Positions 24,501-32,314 of a stretch of DNA of 64,000 nucleotides are shown in pieces. Position 1 is the stretch's first letter. The number at the start of each line of letters is the position of its first letter. Position numbers and translations under genes: made by a program. The stretch lies in NCBI RefSeq assembly GCF_964194155.1, contig NC_135882.1:2666001-2730000 (forward strand). Direction: 5' to 3'. The stretch is from Cetorhinus maximus. Lineage: Eukaryota. The notes under the pieces are model-generated. The model searched no databases. It was not told the DNA's origin and saw only the letters and a list, made by a program, of their open reading frames with translations.

Positions 24501-25046
24501 GGAAATATATCGCCGTTCCTTCACTGTCGTTGGGTCAAAATCCTGGAACTCCCTTCCTAACAGCACTGCGGGTGTACCTACACCACATGGACTGCAGCAG
24601 TTCAAGAAGGCAGCTCACCACCACCTTCTTAAGGGCAATTAGGGATGGGCAATAATCACTGACCCATCCAGTGACGCCCACATCCCATGAATGAATAAAA
24701 AAAACAGTGAATACTATAGATTGATAAATAACAAGAAAGATGGATAGTAGACAGATTGACCAATGGATGGATGGACAGACGAACAGATAACTGATTATAG
24801 CTCTCGGTTAAATTTGTTCAACAACTCCCAGCAAATTTGGGTTTAAAATTTTAATTGATAAAACGCGTTTTGATAAAAGTGATTTTGAAAACCCATGCCC
24901 GACTTGCTAGGTACAGGAGGTTAAGATTTAGGATACTTCTCGGCTGTTCTTAGACTGTTTCGAGTTGATCTGTAGTTACCTGAACTGTCCAGTGACCAGA
25001 GACTGAGAGTGATGGCCACAATCCGCCACACTGAGTGGCTTCTCAT
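1724..25046 (-). CDS. PKHD1L1: PKHD1L1 / fibrocystin-L-like gene, coding exons 1-14 (3'-partial, continues past window start)
   Basis: 14 GT-AG exons with matching phases join into one ORF: signal peptide, IPT/TIG repeats (HGSINGATRLTI; PSEGSVEGGTVLTVTGRFFD) and start of PA14 (GGRGLKVETW...RLSGFFVAP). Closely matches fibrocystin-L as remembered; lies next to ENY2/NUDCD1 as in mammals. Confidence 0.95.
2295..2464. mobile_element. Penelope-like element terminus with fold-back inversion
   Basis: Typical ...ctggaaaaactcagcaagtctggcagcatctgcggagagg... terminus; flanked by direct repeat aattgttaactcca (2281-2294, 2465-2478); perfect palindrome 2397-2466. Confidence 0.8.
2430..2468 (+). ncRNA. Minimal type I hammerhead-like motif, variant core CUGUUGA; mirrored on the minus strand at about 2393-2433
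   Basis: AATT-CTGTTGA-A-GAGTC atacg GACTC-GAAAC-GTT-AATT: helix I, core, helix II, GAAA, loop-less palindromic helix III (ACGT), GUU triplet. Confidence 0.55.
2778..2881 (-). mobile_element. Short Penelope-like terminus
   Basis: Same terminus family; flanked by gtacaattgcaa (2766-2777) and gtacgattgcaa (2882-2893), a 12-bp TSD with 1 mismatch. Confidence 0.75.
2910..3166 (-). CDS. PKHD1L1: PKHD1L1 exon 13 (PA14 domain start)
   Basis: gtttag|GA GGA AGA...GAC AAG|gtacaa; 257 nt; GGRGLKVETW...YNESTPGY...RLSGFFVAPETNDYCFYI...YFSLTGLPQDK. Confidence 0.93.
3481..4190 (+). mobile_element. PIF/Harbinger-type DNA transposon remnant with Myb/SANT-like exon (3770-4012)
   Basis: PKFSDISLGHLLDVLE...VLYP...AWEEVAVVVS...RSAIQCRKRMNDL fits the Harbinger Myb/SANT protein; begins ggggtggaat, similar to the GGC(C/T)GGAATTTT TIR family; donor-like ggtaggt follows. 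Confidence 0.65.
4273..4974 (+). mobile_element. Possible LTR-like segment (TGT...ACA) containing a V-SINE-like 3' tail (about 4725-4887)
   Basis: Starts tgttagcccaagatgg, ends gacccgaca; internal (GT)n-gccctgtgatgg...gggtgtacccc...gggataggctcc...(gtga)n tail. No TSD found. Confidence 0.35.
5300..6120 (+). mobile_element. Degenerate CR1 ORF2 fragment with a nested CR1 3' end (about 5612-5899)
   Basis: CR1 linker region (EKRLAAN...KVFY...GPIRDQK-like) interrupted by a CR1 tail ending cttaattcgtatgtttgt. Confidence 0.7.
6455..8615 (-). mobile_element. Long degenerate CR1 LINE
   Basis: Minus-strand ORFs: EHEKRLAANIKENLKVFY...NEYFASVFTK; PCLTNLIELF...YVDLQKAIDTV; [20 protein letters not shown]. 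Confidence 0.85.
9503..9533. repeat. (TA)n microsatellite
   Basis: Uninterrupted TA run. Confidence 0.95.
9607..9696 (-). CDS. PKHD1L1: PKHD1L1 exon 12 (GQSCEVLGINTTQITCRTPKEVNLPRTVFPG)
   Basis: cacag|GT...CCA G|gtgccg; 90 nt, phase 1->1; TIG C...ITC.TP motif. Confidence 0.9.
10093..10522 (+). mobile_element. tRNA-headed Deu-domain SINE (SacSINE1/AmnSINE-like), near full length
   Basis: A-box-like ggcgcagtgg, B-box ggttcgagtccc, core aaagatcccatggcactatt...gtcctgcccaatatttatc, tail tgaaaggtgctatagaaatgcaag. Related copies near 19135-19305, 19850-20005, 27700-27995, 46240-46630, 54590-54875. Confidence 0.8.
10539..10649 (-). CDS. PKHD1L1: PKHD1L1 exon 11 (EVTGVHPSEGSVEGGTVLTVTGRFFDETDAPARVTVGG)
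   Basis: ttgaag|AG...GGA G|gtatgt; 111 nt; classic IPT/TIG start. Confidence 0.95.
10803..11805 (-). mobile_element. Family B LINE 3' part with RT motifs
   Basis: GVPQGSVLSPTIFSCFINDL...FTDD...QQDLDNIWAWADKW; same tail as 478-1327. Shorter tails near 14476-14605, 16011-16416, 17134-17455, 23538-23818, 24448-24703, 49758-49926. Confidence 0.88.
11873..12060. mobile_element. Old inverted pair of Penelope termini
   Basis: Forward terminus (gcagatgctgaaatc...ctggaaacactc...gtggagag) followed by its degenerate reverse complement (tgaaacatttact...ccacagacactg...tctccagtttt). Confidence 0.55.
14737..14849. mobile_element. MITE with GGCTGG(G/A)ATTT-type TIRs
   Basis: aggctgggatttcccggccc ... gggctggaaaatcccgccc; same family as 41702-41840. 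Confidence 0.55.
14915..15245 (+). mobile_element. CR1 3' fragment
   Basis: FFIQRVVVIWKAMP... and tail gggctgaatggcctcctttcgtgctgtatgattctatga. Confidence 0.75.
16575..16645 (-). CDS. PKHD1L1: PKHD1L1 exon 10 (SLSRVKTYFVSSLNKLSMFQTYA)
   Basis: ctgtag|G...GCA G|gtaagg; 71 nt, phase 2->1. Confidence 0.95.
17564..17606 (-). CDS. PKHD1L1: PKHD1L1 exon 9 (GHHNVSFILDNGHGR)
   Basis: ttgcag|GT...AG|gtaaga; 43 nt. Confidence 0.95.
17698..17771 (-). CDS. PKHD1L1: PKHD1L1 exon 8 (YGLKLDYTNSNRGTMTCKMTGTYV)
   Basis: ttgcag|G...GTT G|gtaaag; 74 nt. Confidence 0.95.
17827..17977. mobile_element. Penelope-like terminus with truncated fold-back
   Basis: aaaagcaaaatactgtggatgctggaaatctgaaa...gttaacatttcgagtcc followed by ctgaagaa...ttcctgtttttatt. 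Confidence 0.7.
18770..18823 (-). CDS. PKHD1L1: PKHD1L1 exon 7 (VYAGGMLCDLLHPDSDTL)
   Basis: ttctag|A...TT|gtgagt; 54 nt, phase 2->2. Confidence 0.93.
19631..19724 (-). CDS. PKHD1L1: PKHD1L1 exon 6 (GQLITIRGNIFTDIYGSNKPTDSNSRNTRILR)
   Basis: ttctag|GT...AG|gtaaaa; 94 nt. Confidence 0.94.
20261..21180. repeat. 26-bp purine-rich minisatellite, about 35 copies
   Basis: Unit GGAGAGAGTTGAGGTGGAGTGAGTGT; it produces the 26-aa periodicity of ORF 20197-21534. Confidence 0.95.
22270..22800 (-). mobile_element. CR1 3' fragment with an internal 55-56 bp tandem amplification (5 copies, about 22426-22700)
   Basis: gtctccaccacactctcag(a/g)cagtacattccagatcctaaccact starts at 22431, 22486, 22541, 22597, 22653. 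Confidence 0.8.
22836..22893 (-). CDS. PKHD1L1: PKHD1L1 exon 5 (AEDHYTPTIDEISPVSGLPG)
   Basis: ttaccag|GCA...CCA G|gtctgt; 58 nt, phase 0->1. Confidence 0.92.
23399..23480 (-). CDS. PKHD1L1: PKHD1L1 exon 4 (PLPEDSYHVLVSVDGVPIDHNNRMNFN)
   Basis: ttctag|A...AAT|gtaagt; 82 nt, phase 2->0. Confidence 0.92.
24043..24187 (-). CDS. PKHD1L1: PKHD1L1 exon 3 (GFSGGEQFDY...LGNSVQLLS...CEVERDSSHQTQIVCYTR)
   Basis: ccacag|GA...AG|gtaccg; 145 nt. Confidence 0.95.
24275..24361 (-). CDS. PKHD1L1: PKHD1L1 exon 2 (VSQTVPVVLDISPRHGSINGATRLTIKGR)
   Basis: ttgtcag|TT...CGG G|gtaagg; 87 nt, phase 1->1. Confidence 0.95.
24980..25046 (-). CDS. PKHD1L1: PKHD1L1 coding exon 1, signal peptide (MRSHSVWRIVAITLSLWSLDSS)
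   Basis: aagcATG with A at -3; basic N-region then hydrophobic core; CAG|gtaact donor in phase 1 matches exon 2. Confidence 0.8.
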
Positions 25047-25199
25047 GCTTTCCCACAGCTCCTGTACCCCTCTCGATATCTGTCAGCTGGGAGAAGAAGC
25101 AGATTAACTAACATCAGGCTGTGTGTTTACAGATTATACACATCACTTGTCATTGAATTATTTCTGCTCTCCACTTTATCACTGACATTTCTCCATTGT

Positions 25200-25360
25200 C
25201 TCCCTTATTCCCCACTTTCCCTGGACCCTGTACTTGATAATAAACTGTTAAATGTCCAGTTCTGATGAAGGGTTATTGACCTGAAACGGTAACTCTGTTG
25301 CTCACTCCATGGATGCTGCCAGACCTGCCGAGTATTTCCAACATTTTCTGTTTTTATCTT
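25200..25360 (+). mobile_element. Penelope terminus with hammerhead core (25258-25294)
   Basis: AGTT-CTGATGA-A-GGGT tattg ACCT-GAAAC-GGT-AACT; core canonical, triplet mutated to GGU; followed by ctccatggatgctgccagacctgccgagtatttcca. Confidence 0.7.
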
Positions 25361-26889
25361 TTATCACTCCAGTGGTAAATGGGTTTAAATAAGTTGTGCA
25401 AAAAGTAGTTTTCATTCAAGGGCCATCTAGATGATTTTGTCCTCATTTGCAGTTTAAAATGATCTCGAATTCAATTTGTGTTCATTTCAAACACTTGAAA
25501 AGATCACAGCGTTTCGAACTAGATTTTAGAAAAACACACAAAATGCTCTCCCTACTAGAGAGCGTGAGACAAGGGACATTGAAAGTAGTAGCTCAGATTT
25601 GCCCCATTTATTTGGAGGGTGACTTGATGGGGTGTAAATATTTTCCCCAATTCAGTCAGAGTCGAGAGTGCGAACCAACAGATCAGAGTAACAAAAATGT
25701 GAAATATTCTGTGGGAGAAATGGAATCAGGGCTTTGAATATCAATCACTATGTGCAAACTGCTGCTTTTCCTAATCTGTACATTATTGTACACAATTCCA
25801 GATTGACCCAATCTACACACTATTGTCCACCATGCTGGATTTTCTCCAGCTATATGCTATTGTATATAATTTCTGATTTGCCCAATCTATATGTTATCAC
25901 ATACAACTTCTGATAAATCAATTTGCTAATTATGGCTTGTCCAGAGAAAGCTGAGGAAGTCAATCAAATTTACATAAAGAAACTCGCCAAATCCCAACCA
26001 TAAACAGCAATCTCTCGGATTCTCTAACCCTGATTGTTAGGGTCCTAATTTAAACTCCCAGTGCAGGGTTTTGTAACTTGCCCTTTGGCTCATTCCAGTA
26101 TTGGAACTAGCAACTAGAGAGTGAGACATTGTGGAGTAGATGTTTGAATCTCCTGGGACACTCTGTGCCCCCTTACCTTTCCCCAGGTACACGCTTCAGG
26201 TAAGTGGCTCCTTCTCGTTAAGGTTTGTATTGCCAGTGGGTTGATCACATTGTGAATATTCACACCACATACACAGTGGTCACTATTAGCAACTTGGTTG
26301 TAAACATCAGTACAAGGAGCGTCACCTGGACACCTAATCCTGGCTCTTGGTGCTTTAATAGATACTCTAAGCAATAGAGGGACAATGGCTAATTATACCA
26401 CACAGAAACTACTTCAATAACTAAACTATCTAAATGGATGTAACTACAATAGGCAATGAAATTTTATCTCTGTCTGTTTATTTGCTTATGACCTGCTTCT
26501 ACATTTTCTGAATGCTAAGATTTTACAATGCATCACTTGATAATCTCCTTCTTTAATTTTAATTCTTGTGTTAATTACATACTTGCCTCCTGATACAATT
26601 CTTCCTTCTGCCTCCCCAGATTAGCACCAATGCACAGACATGTTGCTGAATGAGAGTCTCTAAGGAGTGAGTAGTTGGCATAAAGTCGATTGAAATGTAC
26701 ATGCAAGAGTTGCTAAAGTGAGAGGAGGTGAGAGCTTAAAACCCCTGGTCAAGATGGACAAGAAGATGGTTCACCACCAGCTGCTCAAGGGCACATAGGC
26801 AATAAATGCTGACCTAGGCAGCGACACTCACATAGAGTTGTTTGTCACAGGAGGAGGCAATTCAGTCCATCGAGTCCGTGCCGAGTCTC

Positions 26890-27695
26890 TTTTTCTACCT
26901 GACCTCTCCATTTTAGCAATCTGTCTGCATGGACCCCTAAACCTTTTTGACCTCCGCTGTTCCTAGCTTTTCTCATGATTTAAGTAGTACTCAGATGTAT
27001 CTGCTTTTCATCCAAAACGGATGACCTTACACTTAACTGGGTTGAAATTCATTTGCCATAGTTTCACGACTCACTTAATCTATCAATGTCTCTTACAAAT
27101 TTTATACTCCCATCTACAATGCTTATTGCATCACCAATCTTTGTGCCATTGGCAAACTTGGATATATGGCTCACTATTCTGTTTTCTAAGTCATTAGTAA
27201 ATACTGTATAGTGAATAGTTGAGGCTCCAGCACTTATCCTTGTGGGGCACCAATAGTCACTTTGAGTACATACTCAGTAACCCTGTATTCCATCACCTAA
27301 TCAATCTCCTAGCCAGTTAAATAATTTGCCTTCAATTACATGGGCTTTAATTTTAGCTAACAGTCTCTTATGTGGAACTTTATCAATTACCTTCTGGAAG
27401 TCCATATAAACTACATCCATAGACTTTCCACTGTCCATGACTTCAGTTACTTCCTCAAAAAATTTGATTACATTTATTAGGCATGATCTACTCTTTAGAA
27501 ATCTATATTGGCTCTCTCACTAATCAGCTCAAATTTCACTGGGTGCTCAGCTACTCTGTCCTTATTCATAGATTAATTTCAATCCAATAACTTCTCCATT
27601 GCAAATGTTAGACTAACAGGGCTGTAATTTCTTGTTTTTTCTCTCATCTTTCTTAAGCAATGGAATTGCATTTACAATTTTCCAATCTAAAGGGG
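26890..27695 (-). mobile_element. Old CR1 RT-region fragment
   Basis: Reverse complement reads ...gatgtagtttatatggacttccagaagg (VYMDFQK) and aagtttgccaatggcacaaag (decayed KFADDTK). Confidence 0.7.
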
Positions 27696-29084
27696 AGCTG
27701 CTGATGGATATGTTAAACCAAGACCCCTCTAAAGGATCCCAGGCACGCTTTCAAACAAAAATAGGGGAATTCTCCCTGGTGTCCTGGCCAACATTTATCC
27801 CTTAACCAAAATCAGATTACCTGGTCTTAATCACATTTCTGTTTGTGGGATCTTGCTGTGCACAATTTGGCTGCTGCGTTTCCTACATTACAATGGTGAC
27901 GACACTTCAAAACATTTTATAGGCTTTAAAGCACTTTGGGACACTCCGAAGTCACCCTGAAGTTATGAGAGGTGCTATGTAAATTCAAGTCTTTATTTGT
28001 TTTTGAATGATTAACAATGTTAAATTCGTACTTAAAATATAGACTTCAAGTAGTTTTTTTTCTTCTTAATAACCACATTTAATCTTTTCTGCCATCCACT
28101 CTAATACAAAACTATCCTTTTGTGCTTTCCTCACCTCCCCACCTTTCCTTGCCTCTGCACTTAAAACTTCTACTTCTCTAACATTTTCTAGTTATAATGA
28201 TAGGTCATTGACCTGAAATGTTCTGTTTCTCTCCTCACTCATGCTGTCTGACCTGCTTGAGGGCTCCCAGAATTTTCTGTTTGTATTATGGCATTATGTT
28301 GTTACATAAGAGGCTTCAACTAATTTGCTATTGGATAACTCGTACAGACATGTTGAGAAATAAGGGTAAATCAGAAACTTTGGAAACTAGATCAAGAGCA
28401 GCTACCCATTACAGTAATCCTTGACAACATTAACAATAGATTACATGTTTGTACATGCGCTTTTCCTAATTTTAGGTAATCAGATACTGGGTACGTCATC
28501 ATATACTGTTCAAGGAGATGCTGTTCATTATGGAGTAGAAGCAGGTAGAATGCTGAGAAACAAAGCTATCCATTCATTTCTAAATAAACCCAATTCTTCA
28601 AAACACAAATGAAATGTTCTGTCCCTGTTTTCATCGTGTTGTGAAAACTCCTTGCCGTCAAATGGATTCAGCAAATTGCTGAATGGTGAACTTGTGGGGA
28701 TGCCCTTGAAAATAAATGTGAACGAGCTCCTCTGTCATAGTAACTCCAGCATTTGGGTGATCATTTATCCCCCCTTTGCTCCTGGTGGAGCAGTAAAACC
28801 TTTTGAGGTTCCTCCTCATGACGATTGAGGACTGACCTTCAGCATCTCCTGTGCTAGTTTATTTTATAATTATTCTGAAATCCGCCAAGGAGCTCAGAAT
28901 CTCGGAGCAGACTTAATTGTAAAGAAACGCATTTCCTGCCAGATGAAAGGGAGAAGGGTCTGTTCAAAACAGGCTGTGTTGCTGCACTAGTGACCTACAA
29001 ACCTGCGTTGAGAATGTAGAGAATGAGAGTTCAAACCCGCAGCAGTTTAAGAATTTGAATTCTGTTTTAAAAAACGGATGAGAA

Positions 29085-29400
29085 AATAAGATGAAGCTGT
29101 TTCCGGTGACAGGAGGGTCAGTAACCAGAGGACACAGATTTAAGATAACTGCCCAAACAATCAGAGCGGAAATGAGAAGAACTCGTTTATACAGCAAGTT
29201 GTTATGATCTGGAAGGCACTGCCTGAAAGAATGGTGGAACCCGATTCAATAGGAACTTTCAAAAGGGAATTGGATGTACCCTTGAAAGGGAAAATATTGC
29301 AGCATTATGGGGGAAATAGGGGTGTGGGACTAATTGGATAGCTCTTTCAAAGAGCTAGCGCAGGCAGGATGGGCTGAATGGTCTCCATCTATATGCTTAT
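29085..29400 (+). mobile_element. CR1 3' fragment
   Basis: ggagggtcagtaaccagaggacacagatttaag...gggctgaatgg tail. Confidence 0.7.
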
Positions 29401-30241
29401 ATGAAAAAGTCTGGAAATAAAAGCTGGTCTCAGTAAAAATGACCATCACGCTGTTGCAACGGCATAAAAAGCCTCCTTCCTGCAAAGGACTATCCAAAAC
29501 CTCTCACAATGCTCCAACTCTGGCTGATCCAATATTTGGTACAGGTTTATCATTGCTTTTATGCAGTGTTGCAGAACAAGGTTATTTCATCAAAAGTACT
29601 TTGAGGATAGAAATGAATGCCCACTCCAGTTTTGACTAAATATCAGTATTCCAGCTGTGTGCAGAATCTAAGGCGATCACTATTGGTATAAGAGACTTAG
29701 TTTTGAGATTATTTATTATTCATATATAAGATTAGGTACCCGTGTGCATTGTTTTTCAGGCAAAGCCCTCCAGGATCAGGACTGGTGCATTATTTAAGGC
29801 GTGCGTGGAATTAATTTTTCAAACCATCGTCAGAGGTACCCTCAGGGTCAACCAGGCTTCGAGCAAAAACATTCATTACACCTACCTGTAAGCAAAAAAT
29901 AAAATGCAGCATCTCGTGGCACAGCAAATGAGCCCGTGAAGGAATTATTCATATATTATCCAACAGCAACCCTTGAATCTCGGAAGGGATTTTGGAAAAA
30001 CTACAGGAGGCTCAAAGAACATTTTCATCTCAAATTTCACAATTTAAAAAAAATCACCAGAATGTCAAGTTTGCCAACTCCCCAGATTTCAATGCATTTT
30101 CTAGCAACCAATTACATTCAGATGTTAACAGGTTAACAACCTATAGAAAGCAGCAAAAAACTAATATCTATATTGCACATGACCTCCTGTTGTCTGAAAG
30201 CTCTTCAGAGCAGATGAAGCTTTCTGAAGTGCAGTCACTGT

Positions 30242-31061
30242 TGTCATGTAGATATTAATGCCTATATATTGGAAAATTATTTTTAAATTAGAATTGTAGT
30301 AATCTGTATCTATGTGTGTGTGTGTGGGGCGGGGGGTGGGTTTTATTGGATTAAAGCCAGCTAGTCTGGGTGCTTTGATATACAGTAGTTTTGAGATGTT
30401 AAATAGATAAACATGTTACTTAAAAGGTAAAGTGCAATTTGCATTTTTAAATAAACCATTCAAAAGGATGTGTAAAATCTTGCACCTAGCTGGGAGATGC
30501 CAAGCAATGTGCTTATATTACTAATAAAATTGGTGAAATGAAAGGATTATTGTTGAGAGGCAAAATTTAAAAACTAGCAATACAATGGAAAATTTACATT
30601 CAAAGGGGAAGCTAGGTATAAACAAAAATGAGTTTGCGTGTGTAGGTCAGAGGCACGAAAGATCTAACCAGCCTGTAAAGCCTGCAACTGTGCAAAGGAA
30701 CCAAAGTGAAGGGAACCTCATCTTGAATTTGTAAGGTCAAATGTGCTTTGCCTGGTGTCTGTTTAAAGTCTATGGGTTATTGTTGCCTTGGTGAAGATTT
30801 GCCTGGGAGTGGTTGATTTGGGGATTTGCTGAAGTTCCAGTGGTAGTAATTTGTAGACATGTGTATGTTTAAATTTGTTGCTAAATTAATAAATGTTTAA
30901 TTTAGTTTTATATAAACAAAACTCAAGGCTTGGTGGTTTTATTCCTGAACTCAGAGCTACATCTCAAACATACCAATTGAAAATATAGGTTATGACAGTT
31001 GTTCCAAGTTTCCCTCTGGGATTTAAACAACTCAGCCTTTACCAACTGCTGTGTCAGAACA
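30242..31061 (+). mobile_element. Solo LTR (820 bp) inserted in a Deu-SINE
   Basis: TGTCA...GAACA termini; 4-bp TSD CTGT (30238-30241, 31062-31065); TATA-like gtataaa near 30616, AATAAA near 30888; SINE sequence resumes on both sides. Confidence 0.75.
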
Positions 31062-31149
31062 CTGTTCACAGGTAGGAGCCACAGCAGCCAATTTGCACAC
31101 AGTAACATCCCATAAACAGCAGTGACATAAATGCCCAGTTAACCTGTTT

Positions 31150-31365
31150 GATGCGAAATACAGAAAATGCTTCAAGTAGTCAGCACATCTAGCAGCACCT
31201 GTGGAGAGAGAAACAAAAGTTAAAGTTTCTGGTCGATTAACTTTAGCCAGAACTGTTCTGATAAAAGGTCATCAACCTGAAACGTTAATTCTGCTTCTTT
31301 CTCCACAGATGCCGTCAGGCCTGCTGAATGTTTCCAGCATTTTCATTTTCTATTTCTGATTTCTA
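31150..31365. mobile_element. Inverted pair of Penelope termini with decayed hammerhead (CTGATAA...GAAACGTT)
   Basis: Forward terminus then its reverse complement, centred near 31254. Confidence 0.65.
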
Positions 31366-32007
31366 GTAATCAGATCAGCCATAATCTTATTGAATGGTGG
31401 AGATGGCTTGAAGGGCCGAATGGCCTACTCCTGCTCCTAAGTCCTATGTTCCTGTGTCAGTATTTTGTCTTTGTAATCTGTTTAATGGTCCTGCTTGAGA
31501 AATAAATATTGGTCAGACCAGAACTCTCTTTGTTCTTCAGATACAGCTGTGACATATTTTACCTTCACTTGAGCAGGCATACAGATCTCTAGAAAGAAAA
31601 TGTACTTCTGACAATGCAGCACACAGTCAGTGCTGTGTTAATATGCTTATATCCTGAGTGGCGTTTCAAACTATGGCCATCTGGTTCAGAGGCGAGTGCG
31701 CTCATCACTGAGCCAAACTGACAGGTTAGTTAGTGGCTGCTCCCAGAACAAGAACGATGCAACAAGTTCATGGAAACTCAAGTTACAAAAGGCACCTTCC
31801 ACACACACACACACACACACAATGAAAGGAATATAAGCTGGACTTTCAGTCAGTAGCAGCTGACAACTGTAAAATTTTCCATTCACTAACTGTTCTGAAC
31901 ACTGGTAACTACATGTACAAGTCTGGACTTCTGTTCTTTTGGAACAAAAATGACCTAAAATCAATTCACAAAATCTTAGATCAAGAAAATAATCATTTCA
32001 AAATAAT

Positions 32008-32013
32008 TTTATT
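32008..32013 (-). terminator. ENY2: Putative ENY2 polyadenylation signal AATAAA
   Basis: tttatt on +, about 225 nt after the stop codon, followed by U-rich sequence on the sense strand. Confidence 0.6.
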
Positions 32014-32237
32014 GAAATTATAACATATCAAGGAAAAGAAAGAAGTAGTGGGTAGAAAAGCTGTTTGCGAATCACGTTCAGGAAATAAAAAATAAGACAA
32101 TAAATGTATTAAAAAAAACTGTCACAAAAATAAAACTATGTTCAGCTTCATCTGGGCACTGGAGCCACTCTGATGATCCACGTACTCCATGTTCTGAAAC
32201 AGCAAAGAAATGGCAACGAAATTTGGTCATCCCAAAC

Positions 32238-32314
32238 TCAGAGACTGGCATGCTGAGAAAGGAAGGTCCTTATCCTCTGCAGAAGTTCCTTCTTCACACT
32301 GTCTGGCACTAGGG
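32238..32314 (-). CDS. ENY2: ENY2 last coding exon ([25 protein letters not shown])
   Basis: ttttcag|CC CTA...CTC TGA. Confidence 0.97.

Noticed and set aside
26114-26374. Cys-containing ORF and a hydrophobic alternative frame upstream of PKHD1L1
   Set aside because: No suitable ATG plus phase-1 donor combination and no recognisable homology.
29886-29952. Alternative PKHD1L1 coding exon 1 (MNNSFTGSFAVPRDAAFYFLLT, phase 1)
   Set aside because: Phase fits, but it is a poor signal peptide; 24980-25046 is a much better candidate.
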